Assembly: GCA_041694815.1 (NCBI GenBank)
Contig: JBGFSC010000021.1
Location: forward strand, 1 to 64,000
DNA: 64,000 nt
Reading direction: 5' to 3'
Source of the DNA: Elusimicrobiota bacterium
GTDB lineage: Bacteria > Elusimicrobiota > Elusimicrobia > UBA1565 > JACRDR01
Made by a program: the position numbers and the translations under genes. The notes under the pieces are model-generated. The model saw only the letters and a list, made by a program, of their open reading frames with translations, was not told the DNA's origin and did no database searches. Below, one piece after another: positions 45,674 to 55,834 of this stretch. Numbering within the stretch: position 1 is the first letter of the stretch; every line of letters begins with the position of its first letter.

Positions 45674-47073
45674 AAAAAGTCCTATGGCTCCTGCTGATCT
45701 GCGTTTTATCCGTCCCTCGGGCCTCGGCAGCCAACCCGGCGCTCGGCGCGGCCATGCAGCTTCAGGAGGCCTTCGCCGAGGTCGCTTCCAAGGCCAAGCC
45801 GGCCGTCGTGAATATATCCACGGTCTACGAGGGTCGCGTGCAGGTCCCAGCCCCCCCGTCTTTCTTTTTCGGCGATCCCGAGGACATGTTCCAGCAGTTC
45901 TGGGGCCAGCCGCCGTATCGGACATACAAGTACAAGAGCCAGGGAACCGGCTCAGGGTTCATTATCGACGCGAGGGGGTACGTGCTCACCAATTACCACG
46001 TAGTCGAAGGCGCCAACGAGATCCAAGTAGCCCGCACTCTTGCCGACGGCAAAATCGTGACGCACCCCGGCCGCGTCATCGGGCGAGACCCGACCCTGGA
46101 CCTGGCGGTCATCAAGATAGACTCCAAGGAGACCTTCCCGCATTTGGGCTTCGCCGATTCCTCGAAGCTCCGCGTCGGCGAATGGGCGATCGCCATCGGC
46201 TCGCCCTTCTCCTTGGAGCAGACCGTCACCGCCGGGATCATCTCGGCCGTCCGTCAATCGCTGACGATCGAGGGCCGCCGCTACACCGGCATGATCCAGA
46301 CCGACGCGGCCATCAACCGCGGCAATTCCGGAGGCCCGCTCCTCAACCTGCGCGGCGAGGTGATCGGCATCAATACCGCCATCTATTCTCCCAGCGGCGC
46401 GTCGGCGGGGATCGGGTTCGCGATCGCCTCCAACGAGGCCAAAACCGTGCTGGATGTGCTGCTCGCCGGGAAATCCCGCGGCTGGATCGGCGTCGAGGCG
46501 GCGCCGGTCGATGAAGTGATCCGCCGGCGCTTCGCCCTCCCATCGGCGCAGGGCGTGCTCGTCAACGCGGTGTTCAAGGGTAGCCCCGCGGAAAAGGCCG
46601 GGATACGCCGCGGCGATGTCATCTTCAGCTTCGATGGGACCCTGATCAAGGCGCCCCAGGATTTGGTCGCTGCGGCCGCGCATAAGGCCGCCGGGCAGAA
46701 GGTGGAGCTGGAGCTCTACCGCCGGGGGGCCCCGTTGACGGTCAAGCTGACGCTGGGGCGCAGGCCTGAGGAAGGCCGCCTGGAGCCCGCCGGACCGCCG
46801 GCTGCGGAGGAGGAAGCCGCACCGCGCGCGAAATACACCTGGGAGGGGGTGGAGTTCGGCTCTACGGAGCACGGCGTACGCGTCGAAAATATCCGCAGGG
46901 ACTCTCCCCTATTCGGCTTCCTGAAAAAGGACGACATCGTTCGCGGCCTGGGAGACGTTTCGATCGAAAGCTTGGACGATCTCAAGCGGGCCGCTGCCAA
47001 GTCCAAGCCCTCCGAAGGTCTCTTCCTCGACATCGTCCGCAACGGCCAGGAGATGTATCTGAGCATCAAGTAG
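45670..47073 (+). CDS. HtrA/DegP-family serine protease with two PDZ domains
   Basis: GSGFII, TNYHVV, DLAVIK, QTDAAINRGNSGGPL. Confidence 0.95.
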   Translation: MKKVLWLLLICVLSVPRASAANPALGAAMQLQEAFAEVASKAKPAVVNISTVYEGRVQVPAPPSFFFGDPEDMFQQFWGQPPYRTYKYKSQGTGSGFIIDARGYVLTNYHVVEGANEIQVARTLADGKIVTHPGRVIGRDPTLDLAVIKIDSKETFPHLGFADSSKLRVGEWAIAIGSPFSLEQTVTAGIISAVRQSLTIEGRRYTGMIQTDAAINRGNSGGPLLNLRGEVIGINTAIYSPSGASAGIGFAIASNEAKTVLDVLLAGKSRGWIGVEAAPVDEVIRRRFALPSAQGVLVNAVFKGSPAEKAGIRRGDVIFSFDGTLIKAPQDLVAAAAHKAAGQKVELELYRRGAPLTVKLTLGRRPEEGRLEPAGPPAAEEEAAPRAKYTWEGVEFGSTEHGVRVENIRRDSPLFGFLKKDDIVRGLGDVSIESLDDLKRAAAKSKPSEGLFLDIVRNGQEMYLSIK

Positions 47074-47081
47074 TTCCTCTG

Positions 47082-48500
47082 TCATGGCTCATAGGTCACT
47101 ACCCGAACGACCTCCTTCTCTCGGCCGCGCCCGTCGCTGATGACGAATCTGTAACGGTTTTCCCCCTTTTGGAGGGACACGTCGAAGGAGAAATTGCCTT
47201 CCTCGTCCGGATTGATCGGGATATTATTCATCAGTACAGTAAATTCGCTGTGGGTCTTGCCAACGATCCGGTATTGCGGGAGATGAGCCGTTTCCCCCTC
47301 CTCGGGAGGCCGGATCACCTCGAAGCGTCCCGCAAAGGGATCCCGTTCTATCGAAGCGCCCTGTGCGCCGACTAAGTACTGCCGGGGCTCCGAGAATCCG
47401 CCTTTAGCACCCAGCAGGTCGACGATGGCCACGCGGACCCAGTAGCGTCCCGCCGGCAGCCCTAGCTCGACGCGCTCGTCCGCCTCGAAGGTCTTCTGCA
47501 CGACCAGACTGGTGAAATCGGGGGTCTTGGCCACCTGGACATGATAGGCCGCGACCGGTATACCGACCTGGAGGGCCTTGAGGTCGAAGCGGATCTGTTC
47601 GATATCCCGCGGGTCGTCGGCCGACAGAAGCGTGCTCCAGTTAGGGACCGCTCCGGCCAGCACCCTTTCCCGCTCGGCCTCGGCCAGGGTCGCCTTGACC
47701 GGCGGCAGCACCTTCGCGGCAAAGACGTCGCCGCCCGACATCCGCTCCATGAATTCGGCAGTCCGGGGCAGGGCGACGGGCTCTATCGGCGGACGATTGA
47801 GGGAAATTTCCGTTCCGTGGCCCGCGCGCACCTCCACCACCTTGCCCTGCCCCTCCACGTCCGCCGCGCCTGTGTAGACTTGAACGGAGGTGCTCAAGTC
47901 CTCGCGCACCTTGGCGCTGTAGCGGGTTCCCTTAAGCTTGGGCGTTATGCGGGCCGCAGGAGTAATCACGCGAGAGGCGCCGGCATGTATCTCGCCGCGG
48001 CGGAGCTCCAGGTCGGCGTTGCTGTTCTTGGGTTTGAGTATGGCCATGGAATTTTCGTCCAGGTTGAGCAATTCACCGTTGACGAATCGCACCCTGGCCC
48101 TGGAGGCCTTAAGGGTCCTGAGCCCATCGTCGCGAAACAGCTGCATCTTGAGCACGGCAGCCTTCCATTCGGGAGTCTGGCGTTTTCTCGCCAGCACCTC
48201 GTTAATCGTATAGACCAAGGACGCGGCCAACATGTTTTCCTTAATAAGGGAGACGGGCACTCGAAGGACGAGCCCGGGCAAAGCCACGGTCGGATCGGAG
48301 CTGGGAAGGGTATTGTGCTTTAAAATCTCATTCCAACGCGTGGGGTCCTTCAAATACCTATTGGCGATCGCCCAAAGCGTGTCTCCGGGCCGGACGGTGA
48401 CTTCCTGGAAACCCCTTTCGGCGCGCGCCTGGGCCGCGAGCTCGGCAGGGAAGACGAGCGCGATCCAGAACGCCCATAGGAAAAGCGTGGCAGCCTTCAT
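47082..48500 (-). CDS. LysM + FecR-like exported protein with Ig-like C-terminus
   Basis: VRPGDTLWAIA LysM; D.LRT...LDENS...KGT...VYTG FecR pattern. Confidence 0.85.
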   Translation of the reverse strand: MKAATLFLWAFWIALVFPAELAAQARAERGFQEVTVRPGDTLWAIANRYLKDPTRWNEILKHNTLPSSDPTVALPGLVLRVPVSLIKENMLAASLVYTINEVLARKRQTPEWKAAVLKMQLFRDDGLRTLKASRARVRFVNGELLNLDENSMAILKPKNSNADLELRRGEIHAGASRVITPAARITPKLKGTRYSAKVREDLSTSVQVYTGAADVEGQGKVVEVRAGHGTEISLNRPPIEPVALPRTAEFMERMSGGDVFAAKVLPPVKATLAEAERERVLAGAVPNWSTLLSADDPRDIEQIRFDLKALQVGIPVAAYHVQVAKTPDFTSLVVQKTFEADERVELGLPAGRYWVRVAIVDLLGAKGGFSEPRQYLVGAQGASIERDPFAGRFEVIRPPEEGETAHLPQYRIVGKTHSEFTVLMNNIPINPDEEGNFSFDVSLQKGENRYRFVISDGRGREKEVVRVVTYEP

Positions 48501-50671
48501 GCGGGGCCGACGGCCGCCGCCTTCCGGACGACTTTTCCGCCCTCCCCGGGAGCCAGGTCCTTGGGCACGGAGGCGTAAAAACGAGCCCCGTGCCCTGGCT
48601 CGGACTCCACCCAAATGCGTCCTAAATGCGCTTCCAGGATCAAGCGGCAAATCGTCAAGCCCAGGCCCGTGCCGCCGCGCCTCTGCCCCGGAACCTGCTC
48701 GAATTTCTCGAAGATCTTGCCCAAGAACTGGGGCGGGATGCCCTCGCCATCGTCGGCGACGCAGAACTCCACGGCGTCGCCCTTGTCCTGGACGCTCACC
48801 TTCACCTTTCCGTCCTCGGCGGCGAATTTGATCGCGTTGCCCACCAGGTTGATCAGCACGCGCTCCATGAGGTCCCCGTCGGCCATGATCGTAAATTCCT
48901 CGGCCGCCTCCAACTCCATCTTGAGCCCGCGCCGCTGCGCCAGCGGGGTCAGAAGGTTGAGGGCGTGCCCGGCCACGCCCGCCATGGACACCTCCTGCAG
49001 CTTAACTTCCAAATGGCCCGCCTCCATCTTGGCCAAGTCGAGTATATTGTTCACCATGCCCAATAGCCTAGTAGCGGCCTTGCGTATCGATTCCACCATC
49101 GAGGACTGCTGCGGGTTGAGCACGCCGACGACCCCCTTGAGCAGGAACTCGGAGAAGCCGACCACGGAGCCGATCGGATTGCGCAAGTCGTGCGTGATGG
49201 AATGGAGAAACTCCTCCTTCATCTTGTCTAGCTCTTTCTCGTAGGTCACGTCCCGCACCGCGGTGACGACTCCCAGCTCGATGCCTTTCTTGGGCACCAT
49301 CACCGGCTGGGCGGACACCCGGATGATCCTCCGGTACTGATCGCTCGACAGGTTCACCTCGTGGAACGCGTTGGGCTTCGGATCTTGCCGCGCCCGTTCG
49401 AGAGCCTCGCGCAACGGGCCCTCGGCCACGCATTCGACCAGGGCGCGCCCGTTAATGTTCTCCTCCATGCTCACGCCCAGGAGCTCCTTGGCTCGCCGAT
49501 TCGCGAGCTGGATACTCCCCTCCTTATCCGTCATCAAGATCCCGTCCCCGATCGAGAATAGGATGGCCTCGGTTTTGCGCTGCTCCTCCACCAGGCGGTC
49601 GACCTGCATTTCCGCGTACATCCTCAGGCGCCCGACCATGAGGTTGAACGTATCCGCGAGGTCTTGCAGCTCGTCTCCCGTCTGGATGCCGACCGGCTCG
49701 GGAAAACTCCCGTCGGCGACCTGGGTCGCGGCGCGGGTCAGCGCCAGCAGGGGGCGCGTCAGGCGGCCCGCCATCCATACCGCCAACGCGAAGGCCAAGA
49801 CGCCGAAAATGACGAACCAGATCGTGGCGGTGCGGATCATCTGGGCGGCCGCATGGTAGGCCTCGTCCTTGGGCTGCTCGATGATGACGGCTCCTTGCAT
49901 CTCCTGCAGCGGGGCGTACGCGCCGACCCGCCAGAGCCCCCGAAGGTCGCGAAATTCGCTGGAACCCACCGTGACGGCCCGAAGCGCCTGCTGCACGATC
50001 AATAGCCGGTTGAGCTGGGGGCGCAGGCCGGCCTCAAGCCTCTGCGGCGGATAAAACAGTGGCCGGCCCTCGCCGTCGATCACCATCGCGAACCCAGTCC
50101 CGCCCACGCTTTCGGCGCCGATGCTTTCCCAAAGCCTCCGGGCGGACAGGGAAACGCGCAGACTGACGACCTCGTTCAACGGGTAATATATTTCAAGCTG
50201 CGGGGCCTGGTCCTCGCGGGGCGTTATCCAAAGCGTCCGGCTCTTGGATTTATTGAAGCGCTGGAAGGCGGGCTCCGCTGCCCGCGACGACAGCTCCGGC
50301 CGACCGGGCAGAGAGGGGCTGTAGACCTTAAGGAGCTCTAAACCGCGCCGATTGAGGACCGAAATCTCCTCGATGTCGGCGTTCGCGTCGATGAGGCCCC
50401 GCAGAAGCTCCTGCTTCTCCGTCCAGCCCATATTCGACCGAGAGAGCACGCCGAGAGTGAAACGCAGCTTGTCATCGAGGGCGCGGAGATAGCCGTCGAC
50501 GCCCTCCGCCAGCTTTTCGGCGAGCTTGGTATGGAGTTCCAGCACGGAGGCCTGCAGTCCCTTACGATTGATCTGAAGCAACAGCGCCCCGATGAATACC
50601 GATGGGATCAGCGCCAGCGCGACGGTAGCGGAAATGAAACGAAAATAGAGGCCGGCTCGGATTCGGCGCAT
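48497..50671 (-). CDS. Cache-HAMP-PAS sensor histidine kinase
   Basis: Two TMs, TGDELQDL, THDLRNP, NLVGNAIKF, GTGLGL; TTGACA-N17-TATCCT at 50722-50694. Confidence 0.95.
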   Translation of the reverse strand: MRRIRAGLYFRFISATVALALIPSVFIGALLLQINRKGLQASVLELHTKLAEKLAEGVDGYLRALDDKLRFTLGVLSRSNMGWTEKQELLRGLIDANADIEEISVLNRRGLELLKVYSPSLPGRPELSSRAAEPAFQRFNKSKSRTLWITPREDQAPQLEIYYPLNEVVSLRVSLSARRLWESIGAESVGGTGFAMVIDGEGRPLFYPPQRLEAGLRPQLNRLLIVQQALRAVTVGSSEFRDLRGLWRVGAYAPLQEMQGAVIIEQPKDEAYHAAAQMIRTATIWFVIFGVLAFALAVWMAGRLTRPLLALTRAATQVADGSFPEPVGIQTGDELQDLADTFNLMVGRLRMYAEMQVDRLVEEQRKTEAILFSIGDGILMTDKEGSIQLANRRAKELLGVSMEENINGRALVECVAEGPLREALERARQDPKPNAFHEVNLSSDQYRRIIRVSAQPVMVPKKGIELGVVTAVRDVTYEKELDKMKEEFLHSITHDLRNPIGSVVGFSEFLLKGVVGVLNPQQSSMVESIRKAATRLLGMVNNILDLAKMEAGHLEVKLQEVSMAGVAGHALNLLTPLAQRRGLKMELEAAEEFTIMADGDLMERVLINLVGNAIKFAAEDGKVKVSVQDKGDAVEFCVADDGEGIPPQFLGKIFEKFEQVPGQRRGGTGLGLTICRLILEAHLGRIWVESEPGHGARFYASVPKDLAPGEGGKVVRKAAAVGPA

Positions 50672-50735
50672 GGAGGGAATTTCTCCGTCCGTTAGGATAA
50701 GGCCGGCCGAGTGCTTTGTCAAGGCGATGACATCC

Positions 50736-50811
50736 TAGGCCTGAGGGCCCAATCCCCGTGGGCCTTTTGGCCAAAATCTCCTAGGCCTAAAGACTCCTGC
50801 ACAATAGGCCG
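50736..50811. promoter_or_regulatory. Tandem GGNCC-N3-GGNCC-type motif (site D)
   Basis: GGCC units at 50738, 50761, 50784, 50807 (exact 23 bp period); CATACT at 50820. Confidence 0.6.
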
Positions 50812-50831
50812 GGTTGTGGCATACTACGCTC

Positions 50832-51824
50832 ATGTCGGGGCGAACATCCGGCGGCGCTTGGCGGGAATCGTCAGTCCACTCCGTCATTGCCGCGTATTTT
50901 TTAGTGTTATCTTTTAGCATCTGCCCCAGATCCGCCAAAGCCTCCGAAGCCGAGAAGGACAAGGCCGGCACGGACGCCAGTTGGGAGCTCATCGAACGGG
51001 AAGCGAAGGATCCCGTCCACAGCACGCTCTGGGCCAACAAGCTTTTCTTGCGGGCCCTTCCGCCGCAGTGGCTCGCGGAGATCAACCGGAAAGAAACCGA
51101 ACGCTTGAACCAGACCCCGCCGGAAGTTCCCGTTTCCACCGACGCCCTTCCCTCCGAGGGACGCATCGCCCGGGTCGTCGACGGCGATACGCTGGAAATC
51201 GAGGGACTGGGGCAGGTGCGGCTGGCGGGCGTCGACACCCCCGAAAAGAGCCACCCCACCAAGCCGGTGCAATTCCTATCCGAGGAGGCCACTCAGTTCG
51301 TCAAGGAGCTCGCGCCACAAGGCACGGCGATCAAGATCGAGGCCGCCAGTGACGAATTGCGAGACATCTTCGGCCGGCTCATCCTGGTACTTTACCTTCC
51401 GGACGGACGGATGTTGAACGCGGAAGTGGTGAAGGCCGGATATGGAATCGCCTTCACGCGCTACCCCTTCAAGTACGAGACGGAATTCGTCGGCTACATG
51501 GACGAAGCAATCGCGCAACGCAAAGGCCTATGGGCCAAATCAGGCCTCGAAGAGATTGAGTGGCTGCGCGCGAAAGGCAAGGAGGACCAGTTCGTCGTAA
51601 CGCCGCTGAGCTACGAGCGGTGGGCCGTGCGCTACGGCAAGCTGCTCTTGGCGGGGCTCACGCAGCATCAGCTGCTGGTGGAGCTCAAGTGGCTTCGCAG
51701 GGACCTGTACACGTTCGGGCCGATGGACTTGGATGCCGAACTTCGGCGCAGGGGATACCAGGACGATCCGGGCCCCGGCCCGGAATCGGGGGAAGAGGGG
51801 CAACCGCAGGCGAATCAAAGCTGA
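50832..51824 (+). CDS. Exported thermonuclease (SNase family)
   Basis: RVVDGDTL, VRLAGVDTPE, RDIFGRL, NAEVVKAGY, RKGLW. Confidence 0.9.
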   Translation: MSGRTSGGAWRESSVHSVIAAYFLVLSFSICPRSAKASEAEKDKAGTDASWELIEREAKDPVHSTLWANKLFLRALPPQWLAEINRKETERLNQTPPEVPVSTDALPSEGRIARVVDGDTLEIEGLGQVRLAGVDTPEKSHPTKPVQFLSEEATQFVKELAPQGTAIKIEAASDELRDIFGRLILVLYLPDGRMLNAEVVKAGYGIAFTRYPFKYETEFVGYMDEAIAQRKGLWAKSGLEEIEWLRAKGKEDQFVVTPLSYERWAVRYGKLLLAGLTQHQLLVELKWLRRDLYTFGPMDLDAELRRRGYQDDPGPGPESGEEGQPQANQS

Positions 51825-51840
51825 TCATCAAGGGGGATGG

Positions 51841-52662
51841 ATGAGCCGAATTCTCGCCGTAGGCTGGCTGTTGTTGTGTCCGTGGATTGCGGGAGCGAAC
51901 GAGCCGGACGCTAAGCCGCCCGCTCTAGGCCAATTATCGTCGCAGGTCCCGCAACAGCTGGGCGAAGTTCCGGAAGTGCTGGCCGTTCCCGTCGAAGGAA
52001 ACGGCTCCCCGACCCCTCCGGCCTCAATCGACTGGAAAGAAGCCTCCAAATTCGTCGGGCAGAAGGTCCAGGTGGAGGGCGAGATCGTCGCCGTCTACCA
52101 TTTTGAAAAGGTCACTTTCCTCAAATTCAGCAATACCCGAAGCCAGCTCGCGGGGGTCATCTTCAAGTCCGTCTACGGGAAATTCTCACAGGACCCGGCC
52201 GCTTTCGATCCGAAGGCCGCATTCGCGCGCAAGATCGTGCGCATCGTGGGGACCGTCAAGGAATACAAGGGCGGCCTGGAAATCGTCATCGACGATCCGG
52301 CGCAGATCACCGTCATAGGGCAGAAAGAAATCAAGGTGCTCAATTGGGAGGAAGTTACGCCAGCCCTCCTGGGCCAGCAGGTTACGATCGAAGGAACCGT
52401 AGTCTCCGGCTACTCCTCCGCCAAGGTCGTATTCCTCAACTTCCACAATAATTGGACCCGCTACGTTGCCGTCGTCATGTTCCAACGGACCTTCCCCGGA
52501 CTGATCCGCACGCCGGAGCCCGACCCCGAGGCGCAGGGCAAGAAGGTGCTTGAGCTGTTCAAAGGCAAAAAGATCCGCGCCACCGGCACCATCAAGACCT
52601 TCAACGAAAGGCTGGAACTGATCGTCAATACAGCCTCCGACATCCAAATACTGCCCGACTGA
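51841..52662 (+). CDS. Exported tandem OB-fold protein
   Basis: Signal peptide; two repeats W.E....GQ.V..EG.V....FL.F...K.VR..GT.K.Y...LEIV. Confidence 0.78.
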   Translation: MSRILAVGWLLLCPWIAGANEPDAKPPALGQLSSQVPQQLGEVPEVLAVPVEGNGSPTPPASIDWKEASKFVGQKVQVEGEIVAVYHFEKVTFLKFSNTRSQLAGVIFKSVYGKFSQDPAAFDPKAAFARKIVRIVGTVKEYKGGLEIVIDDPAQITVIGQKEIKVLNWEEVTPALLGQQVTIEGTVVSGYSSAKVVFLNFHNNWTRYVAVVMFQRTFPGLIRTPEPDPEAQGKKVLELFKGKKIRATGTIKTFNERLELIVNTASDIQILPD

Positions 52663-52669
52663 GGCCGTC

Positions 52670-53758
52670 GTGAAATTGCTCGCGCTGTTCTTGGCCGCCG
52701 CTTCGGCGGCCCAAGCTCCGGCGACTTATTCAGGGCTTAACCTCCACAACCACAGCTACTGTTCCGACGGCCAGGACACCCCGGAGACGCTCGTAGCCAA
52801 GGCCAAGGCCGCGGGGATACGCTACCTGGGCCTCACGGATCACGACAACGTGGAATGCCTATCGCGAGCCAGGGCGGCGGCCCGGCAGGCGGGCTTAAAT
52901 CTCGTCGCCGGCATCGAGGTCAGCACGGAGGACGATTCGATCCATCTACTGGGGCTCCATATCCGCCCATCCGACCCCGAGATCCTCTCCTTGATCCGCC
53001 AGACCCTCAAAGCGCGGCTCGACCGCGCCCGCGCCATCCTGGCGAAGCTGCGCAAGCAGGACATCCCTGTCTCCTTTAAGGATCTGTTGGTCTCCAAATT
53101 GCGCTTCCGGCGCGGCCTGGATCCATCCCTGCCCCCCTACCGCCCGGGCGAACTAGAAGCCAAGGGTGAAAAGGCACTGCTCGCGGAGCTGGGCGAACTG
53201 CCCCTCACTCGTCCGGATATCGCGCGGTTGCTCATCGAGAAGGGCGTGGCCTCCGATCACAAGCTTCTCTACGACAAGTACCTGGGCGAGAACGGCTGCT
53301 GCGGCGTGCCCCTGGCCGGGCCCTCGTACCGCCGCGTCATCGACGCCGTCCACCGGGCCGGAGGGATCGTGGTCCTGGCCCACCCGTACACGCTGCACCA
53401 ATTCACCGCGTTTCCCCGCAAATACTCCGGGCTGGAGTTCCAGGATTTCGAGTCCCTGGCCGGGGCCTTGCTGGACGCCGGCCTGGATGGCTTCGAGCAG
53501 TACAAGCAGCGCTCGGGGCCAGAGGAGCAGGTTCTCAAGGTCATCGCCGATTTCAGCCGGCGCTCGAAACGGACGGTATACCTGACGCCCGGCTCCGATT
53601 ATCACGGCGATTCGACCGGCAAGATCGGTCCCGCGGAGCTTAAGGCCATCTCCATCCCCCAGCCGGAAGCCGACAAGCTGCTGCGGGTCGTCGATCCACT
53701 CGCCGCCTGCCGCGACCTAAAAAACTCCCGGACATTCCAGAACCCGCCGAATTTTTAG
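52670..53758 (+). CDS. PHP-family phosphoesterase with a signal peptide
   Basis: LHNHSYCSDG, LTDHD, GIEVS, IHLLG, VLAHP, GSDYHG. Confidence 0.9.
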   Translation: MKLLALFLAAASAAQAPATYSGLNLHNHSYCSDGQDTPETLVAKAKAAGIRYLGLTDHDNVECLSRARAAARQAGLNLVAGIEVSTEDDSIHLLGLHIRPSDPEILSLIRQTLKARLDRARAILAKLRKQDIPVSFKDLLVSKLRFRRGLDPSLPPYRPGELEAKGEKALLAELGELPLTRPDIARLLIEKGVASDHKLLYDKYLGENGCCGVPLAGPSYRRVIDAVHRAGGIVVLAHPYTLHQFTAFPRKYSGLEFQDFESLAGALLDAGLDGFEQYKQRSGPEEQVLKVIADFSRRSKRTVYLTPGSDYHGDSTGKIGPAELKAISIPQPEADKLLRVVDPLAACRDLKNSRTFQNPPNF

Positions 53759-53759
53759 T

Positions 53760-54771
53760 TGGTGCCAGGCATCCACTTTCTACACTTTCTCAACTTTTGG
53801 AACTTTTAGGCCTCCTCATTCGTACTTGAGGTATGGGCCGCCAACCGAGACTGCATTTCCCCGGAGCTATCTTCCATGTGAGCGCCCGCGGCAATGGACG
53901 ACAGACTATCTTTTTTGATTCTCAAGACTGGAACAAGTTTCTTGATATTCTAGGCGAATTAAAACGAATCCGTCCCTTCAAGCTTTACGCTTACTGCCTT
54001 ATGGGCAATCATATCCATTTGCTGATCGAACCTTCTGGTCCCAAATTGTCCCTAATTATGGGCTTATTACTTGCGCGTTATGCCAAGTACCTTAACGCCA
54101 GATTTAAGCGCAACGGGCATGTTTTTCAGAATCGATTTCATGCGCGTCTTTGTGGAAAAGACTCTTATTTCCAACAAGTCATCCGATATATTCATTTAAA
54201 TCCCGTAGAGGCGGGACTTGCCGATGAACCGTCACGGTGGCCGTACTCGGGACACCTGGAATATCTCGGAAAATCTACCCGCCATCTTATCGATCAGGAA
54301 CAGCTTTTATCAATGTTGGGCTCTGATATTAGAACGGCACGGGCCGCCTATAGCCAATTTGTCTTGGGTGCGTTAAAAGACGATTATCTTTCTGTGGGCG
54401 AGACCGAGGACTTATCCAACGCTCGCGAATCTGACATTCACTTTAAAGCCGTCCAAGTCCATGTTAACGAGAAAAGTCTAGATGAAATTTGCGCGGAATT
54501 TAAGCCGATCTCATTGGAAATACTGCGAAGCTCGAGCAAGGTACGGACGGTTTGTCGCGCTCGACATCGTTTTATCGCCTGTGCTTTTGCGGCAGGCTAT
54601 TCGCTCACTGAAGTCGCGGCCTATCTTGGATTATCTTTGTCTGCGGTTTCAAAAGCACTAAACACCAAAGAACCTAAGGCTTGCCTGAGATCAGCTAATC
54701 GAATTTATGTGGACGACGGCAGGCAGCTATTAGAAAGTCAATAAAGTGTAGAAAGTGGATGCCTGGCACCA
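53760..54771. mobile_element. Y1-transposase element bounded by perfect 29-bp inverted repeats
   Basis: TGGTGCCAGGCATCCACTTTCTACACTTT at 53760-53788, reverse complement at 54743-54771; visibly AT-richer than the flanks. Confidence 0.85.
53833..54744 (+). CDS. RAYT-like HUH (Y1) transposase with a C-terminal HTH
   Basis: FHVSARGN, AYCLMGNHIHLL, GHVFQNRF, YIHLNPVEAGL, WPYS. Confidence 0.92.
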   Translation: MGRQPRLHFPGAIFHVSARGNGRQTIFFDSQDWNKFLDILGELKRIRPFKLYAYCLMGNHIHLLIEPSGPKLSLIMGLLLARYAKYLNARFKRNGHVFQNRFHARLCGKDSYFQQVIRYIHLNPVEAGLADEPSRWPYSGHLEYLGKSTRHLIDQEQLLSMLGSDIRTARAAYSQFVLGALKDDYLSVGETEDLSNARESDIHFKAVQVHVNEKSLDEICAEFKPISLEILRSSSKVRTVCRARHRFIACAFAAGYSLTEVAAYLGLSLSAVSKALNTKEPKACLRSANRIYVDDGRQLLESQ

Positions 54772-54774
54772 CAA

Positions 54775-55791
54775 TCAGTCCTTCTTATCGTCAGGTACGA
54801 AGGACAGGAGAAGCTTCTTAATATCACTGTCGAATTGCTCGACGACGGGCTTATCCATTCCCCAGCCGCCCCGTTTGCGCGCGGCCTCGAGCTGCATAAC
54901 GGCCTGGCGGATGGGGACCGCCATGGTGATGCCGCCGAACTGGGTCGACGGCAAGCGGGTGACGATGATCTCTACGATCCCGACGACCTCGCCGCGGCTG
55001 TTGAGCAGCGGGCCGCCGGAATTGCCCGGGTTGGCGACCGCGTCGGTCTGGATCACCCGGCGCATGACGCGCCGCCCCATGGGGTCGGTCAACGGCTCCC
55101 CGTTCTCCGTCTCGACCGGCCATAACCTCTCCGGACCGCTGATGGAGCCGCAATTGAAGCTCCAGTCATAGCCCATGCCGTGGCCGATGGAGCAGACGAT
55201 TTCGCCGATCTTGGGCGTCTCCTGGGCCAAGGGGAGGGTGGGCAGGTTTTCCCCCTCGATCTTGATGAGCGCCACGTCGAGGTACTTGTCGGCCGCGACC
55301 ACCCGCGCGTCCACACGCTTCTTCTCATCGCCAAAGAGCTCCACCGAGATATCGGCGCCGGTTTCAACCGCTTCGATCACGTGGTGATTGGTAAGTATGT
55401 AGCCGGAGGGATGGATTAAAAATCCCGTTCCCCCTCCCACCGGCTCGCGGTCGGCACCGCGCTGTTCCTCGGCCAATGGGGAGACGGGATTCACCTTCCT
55501 ACTGCTGTTGACCTTGACCACCGCCGGAGCCGCCTGTTCGAATAGCGCGTTCATCTCCATGCCCAGCTCGCGGAGCAGGCGCCCTCCACCGTTGGGGTTG
55601 GGGTTGAGCCGCCGGACGCCTTTAAGGTCCGGTATCTCGGGGGAATTAAACGGCGTGAAAGACCTTATCTGATCGAGGAAATCCGGAGCGCCGTCCGGCT
55701 CCTGGGAATGAGCCCGAAGGGCGCCCGCATGGACGAGGATAGAGACGGAAAGGAAAAACACGCCCGCCGCCCGGAACGCACGACACATCAT
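54775..55791 (-). CDS. Exported trypsin-like serine protease (HtrA-like, no PDZ)
   Basis: AGGAGG RBS; GTGFLI, TNHHVI, DVALIK, NPGNSGGPL. Confidence 0.9.
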   Translation of the reverse strand: MMCRAFRAAGVFFLSVSILVHAGALRAHSQEPDGAPDFLDQIRSFTPFNSPEIPDLKGVRRLNPNPNGGGRLLRELGMEMNALFEQAAPAVVKVNSSRKVNPVSPLAEEQRGADREPVGGGTGFLIHPSGYILTNHHVIEAVETGADISVELFGDEKKRVDARVVAADKYLDVALIKIEGENLPTLPLAQETPKIGEIVCSIGHGMGYDWSFNCGSISGPERLWPVETENGEPLTDPMGRRVMRRVIQTDAVANPGNSGGPLLNSRGEVVGIVEIIVTRLPSTQFGGITMAVPIRQAVMQLEAARKRGGWGMDKPVVEQFDSDIKKLLLSFVPDDKKD

Positions 55792-55834
55792 GAACCGCCT
55801 CCTGTCCTCTATTAGTACGCGCCGTCGCGGTATT

